A DNA stretch of 64,000 nt. Origin: Phaeosaccion multiseriatum. Lineage: Eukaryota; Protista; Ochrophyta, other classes. The position numbers were made by a program, and so were the translations under genes. This document shows, in pieces, positions 38,484-49,524 of this stretch. How positions within the stretch are numbered: the first letter of the stretch is position 1; every line of letters begins with the position of its first letter. The DNA is taken from the NCBI GenBank assembly GCA_965112735.1, contig OZ218955.1, positions 3,348,001-3,412,000 of the forward strand. The letters are read 5' to 3'. A model generated the notes under the pieces. That model had not been told where the DNA came from and did no database searches. It saw nothing but the letters and a program-made list of their open reading frames with translations.

Positions 38484-40583
38484 ATGCCATCTCTTGATGA
38501 GACGGCTCGGTTTGTGGACGAGTGGTATAAGGGAACCAAGGAGTGGGAGGCTTCGGGCGGGGTCAGCACCACAGAGCACCTCATCATCCTACTCACGGCA
38601 GTCTTGTCCTCTGTCGATTGGAAGCACATTAAGAGGGAGGGCTACACTCCCCTCCATACCCTGGCAAGAAGGAAGAAGTGGAAGAGAAAGAAGACACGGT
38701 GCTTCGAGGAGAAGGGCTTAAATATGCTGGGGAGCGTTAGGCTACTGCAGAAGTGCGGGATTGATATTGACACGAAGAGTGGCCACAACGCACCTTGTCG
38801 TTCTGGCCGGACGCCTCTGCACCTAGCTGCAAAGAGAGGACACTTCGACTTGGTGAAGGGACTCGTGGGAGCCGGTGCAAATGTCAATGTGAAATGTGAG
38901 AATAGGCGCACCGCATTGAGCTTTGCTGCTGGAGGTGACCACCCCCTGATTTTGAGGTACTTGATGAGGCATGGCGCGGAAGTGGAGGGCAGCCAGCCCC
39001 TACACCAGGCAGCGTATGTCGGCAGTCCTGAGAGTGTGGAAGCGTTGCTGAAGGCTGGAGCGAAGCCGAATGAGAGAGATGGAGATGGTTACACGGCAGC
39101 CCAGAAGTGCTGCATAGGGGGTGGCAAGAAGAAGGGAGGACGGGCGAAGGCTCTGGCTCTGTTGCTGAAGGGCGGCGCCGACGTGCAAGTGAAGAATGTA
39201 GATGATCTGACCCTCCTGCACCTCGCCGCAAGGGACGGCAATGCGCAGTGCATTCCTGTTCTGCTGGAGAGAGGGCTGCAGCTTGATGCCAGAACTGAAC
39301 AGAAGCACACACCGCTTCGTTATGCATGCTTCAACGGAAGATTGGCTTGTGTAAAGGAGCTCCTTCGCCGTGGTGCCTCTCTGGATGCAGCGTATGACGG
39401 CAGAACTCCCCTCATGAGCGCTGTTCTAAAGGGGCATGTGGCGATCACATCTGAGCTGATTGGTGCCGGTGCCTCTGTGCATGCCAAGACCAACCATTCA
39501 CTCACTGCCCTGCATTTAGCCGCCGCCCTGGGCAGCATGGAGATGGCCTACCTGCTCGTGGAGGGTGGGGCGGACGTCAGCGCTCTCGCGGAGAACCAAG
39601 AGACTCCTCTGATGACCTGCATGCGTCCTGATGATAGCAAGGTGTGCGAGCCTCTGATGGGCGCCAAATTCTCGCCTGGAGCGAAGGAGGCTCGTGAGAG
39701 GGTGGCTGCCTTTCTGCTCAAGATGGGCGCCACTGTCGACGGAAAAATCATCGCATTGGCAGGAGAGAAGGGCTTTGGTGACGTGCTTGCTTCGTTCTTT
39801 AGCACAAAGAGCGACAAGATGGATGCTCTCTCTGACAGACTCGACACCGTAGCTGAGCACTATTCCGTGACTGCCGACAGTGACGATGAGAGGGCGGACG
39901 ATGTGGTGCAGGTACGGCTGGTGAACAAGGCTACTGGAGAGAGGGGAGGGAAGCATTTCGCCTTGAGCATTCCCTTGGTGGAGCAGCTGATGAAGAAGGT
40001 CACAGACGGAGGGGAGGGCGGAGCAGAGGAAGGGACGAAGAGCGCTGGCAACGGCTCTTGTGCTTCAGGTATTCTCCCCACCTTGCTGGACCCTGCCAAG
40101 TATGGGTACAAGAGCGGCAAGAAAGGAAAGGGGAAGGGGAAGGGCAAGAAGGAGGTTGAGCTTGAGTACGACGGAGTGAACTTCACGGAGGAGGGCTTCG
40201 AGGCTGTGGTGAAGTTCGTCACCACGGGCAGCGTGGAGGAGCTGCTGACGAGGAGGCCTGGATCGGCAGGGAAGAGGAAGAGAGGCACGAACTATAGCAG
40301 TGGCAGTGGAGAAGGAAAGGACGTCCGTGTTGGTGGGGGGGCCAGCAGCAATAGCAGCAGTGGCGGAGTGAGGAAAGAGTGTCCGAAGCTGTTCGACGGT
40401 ATCAGAGCGAAGCAGGCCCTGCAGGCCGCGGAGTTCTTCTGCTTGGAGGGCCTGTCGAGGGAGGTGAAGGCGTTGATGAGCGAGTACGGCTTTGCGCTGC
40501 CGGAGGAGACGGGGGGGGGCGCACGGGCGGCAAGCACACAAGAAGGACAGCCTTTGCGGAAGAGAAGAAGAGCAAACCCGTAA
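38484..40583 (+). CDS. Intronless ankyrin-repeat protein with a C-terminal BTB/POZ-like domain
   Basis: 699-aa ORF with about 8 ankyrin repeats (GRTPLHLAAKRGH, SQPLHQAAYVGS, LTLLHLAARDGN, HTPLRYACFNGR, RTPLMSAVLKGH, LTALHLAAALGS). The C-terminal segment ELEYDGVNFTEEGFEAVVKFVTTG...ALQAAEFFCLEGL is BTB-like. A basic NLS-like tail reads LRKRRR. Confidence 0.88.
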   Translation: MPSLDETARFVDEWYKGTKEWEASGGVSTTEHLIILLTAVLSSVDWKHIKREGYTPLHTLARRKKWKRKKTRCFEEKGLNMLGSVRLLQKCGIDIDTKSGHNAPCRSGRTPLHLAAKRGHFDLVKGLVGAGANVNVKCENRRTALSFAAGGDHPLILRYLMRHGAEVEGSQPLHQAAYVGSPESVEALLKAGAKPNERDGDGYTAAQKCCIGGGKKKGGRAKALALLLKGGADVQVKNVDDLTLLHLAARDGNAQCIPVLLERGLQLDARTEQKHTPLRYACFNGRLACVKELLRRGASLDAAYDGRTPLMSAVLKGHVAITSELIGAGASVHAKTNHSLTALHLAAALGSMEMAYLLVEGGADVSALAENQETPLMTCMRPDDSKVCEPLMGAKFSPGAKEARERVAAFLLKMGATVDGKIIALAGEKGFGDVLASFFSTKSDKMDALSDRLDTVAEHYSVTADSDDERADDVVQVRLVNKATGERGGKHFALSIPLVEQLMKKVTDGGEGGAEEGTKSAGNGSCASGILPTLLDPAKYGYKSGKKGKGKGKGKKEVELEYDGVNFTEEGFEAVVKFVTTGSVEELLTRRPGSAGKRKRGTNYSSGSGEGKDVRVGGGASSNSSSGGVRKECPKLFDGIRAKQALQAAEFFCLEGLSREVKALMSEYGFALPEETGGGARAASTQEGQPLRKRRRANP

Positions 40584-40688
40584 TGAAGTGCCTTGGCTGC
40601 TGCAGAAGGAGCAAGGAAGGACAGCCTTTGCGGAAGAGAAGAAGAGCAAACCCGTAATGAAATGCCTTGGCTGCTGCAGAAGGAGCAT
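40542..40688 (+). repeat. Tandem duplication (period 74 bp) spanning the ankyrin gene stop codon
   Basis: AAGGACAGCCTTTGCGGAAGAGAAGAAGAGCAAACCCGTAATGAARTGCCTTGGCTGCTGCAGAAGGAGCA occurs at 40543 and 40617. Confidence 0.95.
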
Positions 40689-42009
40689 TTCAGGCCGCGC
40701 ACTTGTTTATTCTTGGAGGGCAGTCAGGAAGGGAGGAGCATGGACCCAGGGAGGGAGGGAGGGGGAGGGAGGGATGGAGAGAGGGAGGGGGGGAGGAGGG
40801 GAGGGAGGGGGAGGGAGGGAGGGAGGGAGAGAGGGAGGGAGGGAGGGAAGAAGTGAGGGAGGGAGGAAGTGAGGGAGGGAGGGAGAGAGAGGGAGGGAGG
40901 GAGAGAGGGAGGGAAGGTGGGAGGGATGGAGAGAGGGAGGGAGGGAGGGGGGGGAGGGGGAAACGGGGGCTGTGTGTTCAGAGTGGGAGTGGTAGTGAGA
41001 CTTGTGAAGAAGAAGGCCCGTTGCTACCGGACTAAGCCTCTCGAATTTCTTGGAAGCGTTCGTGTGCGCCGACGAGGAGGGTGGTCGAGGTGAAGAAACT
41101 GAAACCGAACGAGCAGCATTGGCTTCCTCGGCCGGACATGCAGCACTCACAAATGGGCTGCTCTACTCTCTGCAAACTCCAACTCGGCCTCCTTCCTACC
41201 CGTCTGTCTCTCGGGGCTTCCTCTCCGCCTTAGGACCGAATAGTTATAGTAAGTACCGGGACGAAAGGAAACTGACGGAGTGAAATGCAGCATGTACAGT
41301 GTTTTTCATTGGCCATTTACTGCCGCTCTGTCACTCAGTTTTACGATGCTTTACTATACTACCTCTCTCCCTTCTCTTGCTGGCACTCCCCACTGTTGTG
41401 AGTCAAGTCGCTCCACAGAGTGCCATCCCCATGCCTGTTAATGCCGCTTCTGTCTACACTATACTATTCTACATCTCTTCCCGTCCTCCTGCTCAAACTA
41501 AATAACATTTTGGTCTTTACAATCGCTCTATCGCTGACTATACTCTATCTACATGTTTTTCCTCCTTAGTGTCTGTACTGTCTATAAATCTGTTCCCCTC
41601 CTCCTTCTGGCACTCTCCCAGGCTGTAAGTCAAGGCGAGCCAAAGAGTGCCATCCCGAATCTCATGAAGGCCGCGCTATCGCTACACTATACACTATCTA
41701 CTCTCGCTATATACTATGTACTAAACAATACACTATAAACTATGTACTAAACAATCTCCCTCCTCCCTGCTGCGACACAACGCTATACTTAGCCTAGAGT
41801 GCCGCCTTCATTAACGATGGCACTCCATGCTCGACTTTCACGAACCCTAGCTCGCTGTCGTTGAGCTCTTCCGTGTCAATAAATCACCAATTCAGCACCG
41901 CCGTTCTGCCTCTGCCGTCGTCGGTCGGCGTCTTACGACCCCCACGTATATCCCCCTTTGTGGGTGCGTGTGTGTGTGTTTGTGTGTGTGTGTGTGATTG
42001 TGTGATTGG

Positions 42010-42060
<51 letters not shown>

Positions 42061-42437
42061 TGTGTGTGTGTGTGGGTGTGTGTGTGTGCTTGTGTGGGTG
42101 GGTGTGCGTGTGTGTGGGTGTATGTGTGAGTGTAAGTGTGTGGGGGTGGGGGTGTATATTTGTGTGTGTGGGTGGGTGGGGGTGTATGTGTGTCTGTCCT
42201 GCAGGCTGGCCCTGGCTCCTCCGTGCTTCGCTGAAGGTGAATGGAGCGAAACTTCCTCCTCCGCAACCCATGGCGCCTCCGAAGTCCGTCAGTAGTGAGT
42301 CCGGTCAGTCCATCAGTCAGTCCATCCATCCGTCAGTCCGTCCGTCAGTCCTGCATCACCATAGCAGCCAGTGGTAGTCTGCGACCGTTGGCGGCGGGGA
42401 CTCGAAGGACTCTCCTTCCCGTCCCTAGGGCTGAGGC

Positions 42438-44288
42438 TCAGCATCCTGCTTGCTTCAGCCAGGTTTCCAGCTGCGTGAGGTCCAGCGTGGAGACCGAGTA
42501 CTCCTCCTCCCGCGCCTCCCACGCCTCCCACTGCTCTAAGTCCTCCCACTGCAGTGGCGTCTGCTGCTGCTCCTGTGATGGAGAGAGCGGCCACGTCTGT
42601 GATGCCCTCTTCCACTGCTGTCGCCGCGCTGTCGGATTTCGTGGCGCACGCGCCCGCGCCCAGGCGGCCAAGGTGGGGTGTACGGTGGGAGCCTGCGCAC
42701 ATGTTGAAGGAGTTGCAGTGGAGGGGGTGGAGTGGAGTGGAGCGGATTATTGGCACTCAAAGGAGATGGTATGGAGCTCCAGGAGTGTTCCAGCACTATC
42801 GATCGACATGAGCGTCTCTCAGGAAACAGCCCAGGTATACAAGATGGAGTAAGAAGGCCACACAAGACCCAGTCAAGCGAAGGTGAAACACCTTCTTCGT
42901 TGCTCAGTCTCTCCTCTGAGAGGCGACGCGACTACCATTGCCTCCTTACTCACTCACTCACTCACGCCACCTTCGTCACCTTCTTCACTCACATCTTCAA
43001 GGAGTACATCTTCAAGCTCGGCAGTAGGGCACAGGGCCATCGGATAGCTCCACCTCTTCTCCTCCGCCTCTTCGAGCGCCTTCCTCTTCTCCGTCAGCAC
43101 CTGCCACCTCCTTTCCTCCGCCTCCCGCTCTTGGACCCCACACCCCTCCGTCTTGACAGTTAGGGGGTTGAGAGGAGGGAAGAAGCTCTCATGGTGCCGG
43201 ACGTCGAGCAACTGCCTCTCCTCCGCCTCCCCGTGTCGGGACTTCTCTTCGTTTAGTCTCACCCGCTCGTGCTGAAAGCGATTGAACTTTGGTTCTCTCT
43301 CCTTCTTTTCGGCCTGTGCAGCCTTCAGCTTCACCATCAGCCCTGTCTCCTCCCTTTCCTTCTCCTCCTTCTCCTTCTCCTCCTCCTCTGTCTCCTCCTC
43401 CTCCGTCTCCTCATCCTCCGTCTCCTCATCCTCCGTCTCCTCATCCTCCGTCTCCTCCTCCTCCTCCTCCTCCTCCTCCGTCTCCTCCTCCTCCTGTTCC
43501 TGCTCCTCCTCCTCCTCCTCATCCTCCTCCTCCTCCTCCTCCTCCTCCGCCTTCTTCTTCTTCTCCTCCGCGTCGTCGTCGTTCTCTCCCTCGAAAACAT
43601 GTCCCCATTCACAGCTGAGGCCATCGGACTTCAACTCCTCATACTCCTCCTCGTTCTCCTTTTCGGCCTCAGTAGTCTGCAACCTCGCCACCTGCACTGC
43701 TGCCCTCCGCATGAGCCCCTCCCCTCCCCTCCCCTCCTCCTCCATAATGTTGTGCGAGAGGAAAACTCTTGCTCGTCCTGCGTACTGGTGTGTGGCCTCG
43801 AGGAAGTGGTGTGAGGCTGCGACGAACTGGAGCGCTAGAGCATGCTCTGCCAAGAGCACCTTCCCCCCCTCGGTGACGAGCGTTCTCCACTCTGCACTCT
43901 GCACAGCCTGCCGCGCCTTCCCTACCTTGCGCTGACAATATCCACACTGCTGCTGGACATCTAGAACTAACTCCCCTGTCATCTCCGCCTTCCGCAGGCG
44001 CCCCTCCTTGCCCAACCTCCTCCACGGCCCGCACCTCTCCTTCATTTCGACCTCAGCAGTGACCAGCAGCCTCGCCACCAGCACTAGAGCTCTCTGCTCG
44101 AGCTCTTCCCTCATCTGCCGCAGCTGCTCCCCTCCTCTACCGCCGGCCATTTGGTCCCTCTTGCGGCAGAAGGTGAGTATTCCCAGTGACATGTACAGCA
44201 CTAGAGCATGCTGCGCCAGGCTCACCTTCCTGTCCTCGGCGTTGTGGCAGAAGCTCCACACTTCTGTGTGATTGGCCTGCGAGTTCAT
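42438..44288 (-). CDS. Hypothetical protein with a long acidic tract; exons 44288-42993 and 42692-42438
   Basis: A 444-aa ATG ORF with coding-like composition, a GTGAGT donor at 42992 and a CAG acceptor at 42693 that joins in phase 0 to ORF 42438-42671. No recognisable domain. Confidence 0.55.
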
Positions 44289-44349
44289 GGCGACCGTCTC
44301 TAAAAAAGTTTCTTTGTCTCTGGCCCCTCTTCAACCTTACTCTCCCACC

Positions 44350-44412
44350 CATGCATCATTGTAAACTTTCTTCCCGCGTTTACAATGATGCATGCGTTTA
44401 CAATGATGCATG
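44350..44412. repeat. Perfect 17-bp inverted repeat (11-nt spacer) plus a third direct copy
   Basis: CATGCATCATTGTAAAC at 44350-44366; GTTTACAATGATGCATG at 44378-44394 and again at 44396-44412. Confidence 0.95.
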
Positions 44413-44736
44413 AGGTAAGCTAAAACAACGGCCCAAGCCAAACGGAACACTTTTTAATGGGGAGACCCCAATAAAAGCCAGCGTCGGAAAGACCGCCCGC
44501 CCCCCCCCTCCTTCCTTGCCTCTCTTCCCTCCCTCTTCCCCTCTCCTTCCTTCTTACTCCCTCCTTCTTCCAATCCATCCATCTCTCCTTCTTCCTTACC
44601 ACCCTTTCCGCTCCCAAGCCACAAAGTCGCGGAAGAGTGTCGAGAAGTGAACTGTCGAGAAGAAGTGAGAATGTGCTGCCATCAATAATCCTCCTCCTGC
44701 CCAAGGGCGATATATGTAGAACATAGAACATAAACT

Positions 44737-45420
44737 ATGTTGCTGGGGGCCGTCAAGCTGCGGAAGGAGGGCTGCTGGCAACTTAACCCCCCCCAGCTGG
44801 GAGATTGACGTGGGTATCAGAGCAGTTCCTCCCCTCTCTGCGAAATCAGCCAACGGCTTTATCCGCCTTCCTGTTATCTCGCTGAGCACGGCAATGTGAA
44901 GTGCATTCCTCCTCACTTGTGGGGACAGGAAGGGCTACAGACTGATGCCCGAGACGTCCAGGTGAAAACACGCTGCACTTTTGGCTTGGTCGCGGCCGCG
45001 GTGCCCCTCCGGATCTGGGGAATCTCTTCGGCAACATCCCGCTCCTCGACACCATCAGGCATGGCTGCGTAGAGATCGCCAGCTGATTCGCGCCGGTGCC
45101 TCTCTCGGTAAGATGATGACCTACCTACTCGTGGAGGCCAGGGCTGATGTCCGCGTTCTCACGAAGAGCGAAGAAAGGCGTCTGATGATCGCAAGGCAAC
45201 TGAGGTGCTCGACAGGCAAGGAGCGAGGGTTGCATGGCTGCCTGGAGGGGAGGAGGGAAGGAGGCGGGGGACACCGCTGCATTTTCCCTCAAGATGGGCG
45301 CTCCTGTCGCTAGTAAGGTCGTCGTTATGGCTGCGAACGAGGCCTTTAGTGATGTGTTTGCCTGGGAAGAGAAAAGGAAAGGAAGATAGGTGCTCTCTTT
45401 GACTGCCTCGGCGCAGTACA
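44737..45420 (+). pseudogene. Decayed, internally deleted paralogue of the ankyrin-BTB gene at 38484-40583
   Basis: Collinear DNA matches: ACGGCAATGTGAAGTGCATTCCT vs ACGGCAATGCGCAGTGCATTCCT; GCTGATTCGCGCCGGTGCCTCT vs GCTGATTGGTGCCGGTGCCTCT; CCTACCTACTCGTGGAG vs CCTACCTGCTCGTGGAG; CTCAAGATGGGCGCTCCTGTCG vs CTCAAGATGGGCGCCACTGTCG; AAGATAGGTGCTCTCTTTGAC vs AAGATGGATGCTCTCTCTGAC. The copy is interrupted by frameshifts and stops. Confidence 0.85.
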
Positions 45421-45925
45421 GCGATGTGAAGGAGGGGGAGGAGGAAACAATAAGGAGGTCAGGAGGAGGGGCAGATGGGCTTCTCAGGCAGGGAGTCACT
45501 ATGTACATAGACGAGGGGATACAATGCGACGAGCTTCGGGCGGTTCAGACCCCCCATACAAGTCTATATATATAGAAGGATATTTTTAGCTGTGCCACTC
45601 TTCCTTCTACGCTTCCTTCCATATGTACAGCGCCGCCCCGCCCCGCCTCGCCTCCCATTCGCGCTGGTGACGCTTCCTCAGTTTGCGCATTCTGCGGACT
45701 TGTAGCGCTTACTGCTGTAGCGTTGCTATCGATTGCTACACGCACCCCACTCCTCGCCCGCTCCAATAAATACCAGTCGGGCTCCAGCGCGCTTCTTTCA
45801 CTCTGCCTGCTGCTGCTGCTGCTGCTACAGCCGCCACGCAACCCCACCCTATCTCATCACCCTCGGTAAGGAATATATCGCTCCGTTTTGGAGCTCGTAC
45901 CCCGTTTTTCTCCATTAGTTCATGA

Positions 45926-47047
45926 CTAGTACATAACGCCGAGACAGAGAGGGGCTCCGCATCGGCATGCGAGTTGCCTTCCGTCCACCCTTCCCGGCTG
46001 GTATCCGTAGTCGTACGTCAGCTCCTGAAAGGGTAGGTGAAGGGTAGGGTAGGGTAGGGTAGGGTAGGGTAGGGTAGGGTAGGGTAGGGTAGGGTAGGGT
46101 TGGGTAGGATAGGGAAAGGTAGAGTATGGTAGGGTAGGGTGGGGTAGGGTAAGGATAGGGTAGGAGGGGTTAGGGGAGGGGAGATGGGTGTCAAAGCGCG
46201 ACTGATCTGTTTGTGCGTGAGTGGGTGGGTCCGCTCGTGTCTTCGGTCTACCGGTCTATTAGGTCCATCACAAATGGCGGCGGCGTAGGAATACCTCCAT
46301 GGGTTGAATGTCGTGGGCCGCAAAGAAGCCTATCCGAGGGCGGCGGACGTCATGGTCATCCACGAACACGGGCTTACAGATGGCGATACGGTGGGGGTGA
46401 GGGAGAGGAGGGGGGGAGAGAGGGGGAGAGAGGGGGAGGGAGGGGTGAGGGGAAGGGGTAAGGGTCTCTCAATCAAAAACGATAAAGAGTCCAGAGAGAG
46501 AGAGAGGAATGAGGAGTGAGTGAGTGAGGGAGTGGTTGAGAGTGAGTGAGTGAGTGAGTGAGTGAGTGAGGGAGCGAGGGACGTACACAAGTATCTAGTG
46601 CTCAGCTTCCGTTCCAACCCAAACCCAAACTCACCTGCTTGACGAGGTTCGCGGCGCAGCTGTGATTGAAGAACCGAGCCACGTTGCCGAACCACTTGGC
46701 GTCCAGCACGATGCCGTTAGACACGTTCTCCTCCTGCCGAAAGTGAAACTCGAGGTCTCCCACCGTCACTTTATGGTGCTTCTCCTCCACCTCCTCCTCC
46801 CCTTCCTTCATCTCCTTCGCCCCCTTCATCTCGTCCTCCACCCCCGCCAGCAACTCCAGATCCCCTTCTTCTTCTTCTTCTTCTTCTTCTTCTTCTTCCT
46901 CCCCCTCCTTCAACTCCTCCTCCTCCCCCTTCAATTCCTCCCCATCCTCTTTCTTCTTCCCACTACTTTGGTGCAGGCCGGTCTGCTTCCTCCCTTCCTC
47001 ACCGCATCCCTGCTTCGCTGCACTGTCCCCCCCCTGCTGTATCACCA

Positions 47048-47079
<32 letters not shown>

Positions 47080-49488
47080 CCATAATCTCCCGACGCTGAA
47101 GAGAAACACAAGAGTCAGGGGCAGGAAAACAGGAGGGGGAAGGAAGGAGAAGGAGCGCGTCAACAGGGGGGGGGGGAGAGGGAGTGTGGGCATACACGCC
47201 CATGGGTTGCCATCCATCCGTCTCTCTACACCGAAAAGGTTGCTATTCTTCACCTGAGAGAGGCGAGGGCGTCCCCATTGGGCCCTGTCCATTCGGGCAC
47301 TGTCCATGAAGGCCCTGTCTAGCTGCTCTCATCACAGATGGCGATGAAGGCGAAGGTGGTTGCCTGTCAGCCCCTCCGTCTCCTGCCGCCTCTGCTGATG
47401 AATCACGTACCGCCCCTGCTGATGATTCTGATTCTGCAGACTGTGCCGTGAGGATCATTGGTAGCGGAACCACGACTTCCCACAAGCTGCTGTTGCCTTC
47501 TGCCTTCTCGGAAGCGGCTGGTCGTGTCCCTGGCCCTCCTGTCTCTGTCTCTGTTCCTCCTCCTCCTCCTGCTGCTGCTGCTGCGGCTGCTGCTGTATCA
47601 CCAACTGCTGCCTCAGCATAGCGCACCACATCACCCCGCTCATCAATGCCGCCGTGACGTGCCCCTGCCCCCTCTGTGTCCTCTGTGCTCTCTCTGCTCT
47701 CATCCTTCTTCTTCCGCCCTACGCTCTTCCCTCCCTCCCCGCCTCTCGCCTCTCCCCCTCTCTCCCCTGCCACTGCCCCTCCGCCTCCCCCTCCCCCTCC
47801 CTCCCCCTCCGCCTCAGCATCGCTGTTGCTGCCCGGTGCGCCAGCGATGTCGTTGACGGCGTGCCAGACGGAGCGATAGACATGGCGGGCATCTCGAGTT
47901 CGCTTAAGGAACGACGACTCCACCATCTCGTCGTCGGGCTTGCCTTTGACACCGAGCTCTTTCATTTTCTGTATACAGGAAACGGGGACAGGGGGGCAAA
48001 GCAAGAAGAGGATGGAGGGTAGAGAGAGAGTCAAAGGCGGGGCGTAAGAGACGAGAAGCAGCAGCACCCATGACTATACTCAACAATGACAATACTCACC
48101 AATACATTATACTCTCTCTCCGTCTCTTTCATCTCCCTCTCTCCCCCCCTCGCCCTCTCTCTCTCCGTCCCTCTCGCCCTCGTCCCTTCCTTCCCTCCCT
48201 CCCTCCACCTCTCTTTCCTTTCACTCCGTCTCTCTCCTCTTTCTCCCTCTCTCTCTCACACACACACTCCGCCTCTCTATCTGTCTCTCTCACTCCATCT
48301 CACCTGGACAGCAACGTCCTTAGACCAAAGGTCAAGATCGTAAAGATAAGCGTCCGACCCTTCCGCGCCCGCTCCTCTCTCTTCAGCGGCCTACGCAAGC
48401 ACAAAAAGCGTGAAATCACGTCAATTGAGCAACGGGAAAGGCGAAACAGAGCATGAAAGGGAACATGCGTTGCAGTTGAAGAGATGGTCGGCCAAGATGG
48501 TCGGCCACGGGTGCACCAGAGAGTGTCCGCCCATCGAGCATCCCACCTACCAACCCACCCACCCACCCACCTATCCACTCACCAAACTACCTCCCTACCC
48601 ACATACACCCACTCACCCCACACCAAGCCCCCCACCCATTGACTTACTACCCACCCACCTGCTCGTTGATCATCTCCCCTATGTAGCAGGAGATATACGT
48701 GCCTGCCTCGATGAACTCCGGGCAGCGCACGCCCCACCCCTTCTCCGTAGGTACGCAGCGGAACACCTTCAATTCAAATTCATGGCATAAGATAACTTAA
48801 GAATACGTAAGTCTCTCTCCTCTCTCTATCCTTTCTGTCTCGCTCTCCTTCTCTCTCTCTGTCTCCTCTCCCTCTCCTCTCTCTCCTCTGTCCCTCTCCT
48901 CTCTCTCTGTATGTATCTGTGTCTTCTCGATCTGTACCTGTAGTGGCAGAGTCGTCCCGTTGCCCACCACTCTGTTTCGGCACTCTTGCTGGTGGCAACT
49001 GCAGAACATATTACACTCGTACAGCCCGGCCCGCTAGTTGATTGGTGAGTGAGCATGGGGCATGGGAGAGAGGCAGGAGCAAGCGAGCGAGGGGGGGAGG
49101 GAGAGTGTGAGAGAGGGAGGGAGGAGAAGGTGTGTGTGAGAGAGAGTGAGTGAGAGGAGAGACAGGAACAGAGGGAGAGGGAGAGAGACAAGAGAGGGAG
49201 AGGGAGAGGAGGTGTGTGAGAGGGAAGGAGAGGGGGAGGGAGAGGGGGAGTGAGAGAGAGAGGGAGAGGTGTAGCGAGAGGACAGGCAGAGAGGAGAGAG
49301 GGACAGAGGAGACACATGCGTTACCTTGAGCTCGATGAGCTGCCTCGACTCAGAGTAGTTGGGAAACTGCCCCTCGGCAGGCGTGAGGCAAGGGCAATGT
49401 CTGTCCGTCGAGGGACGAAGGAAGGACGGGTGGAAGGGCGGGTGGACGGACAGACATACGACACACGTAAAGGAAAGCGACAGGCAGA

Positions 49489-49524
<36 letters not shown>

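Larger units (their letters stand above)
3213..47607. repeat. Dispersed 15-bp element CAGTTGGTGATACAG (family span; individual copies listed in evidence)
   Basis: Exact copies: 4570, 4696, 9905, 27304, 33782 (+) and 47037-47051, 47593-47607 (-). One-mismatch copies: 3213, 9863 (+) and about 23917-23931, 24853-24867 (-). Looser variants: 3241, 4621, 4669, 9122, 20218, 23649, 24498, 37420. Confidence 0.9.

Noticed and set aside
44596-44916. Minus-strand ORF starting RRNALHIAV as an ankyrin gene
   Set aside because: The DNA homology to the ankyrin gene is on the plus strand; this ORF is an antisense coincidence.
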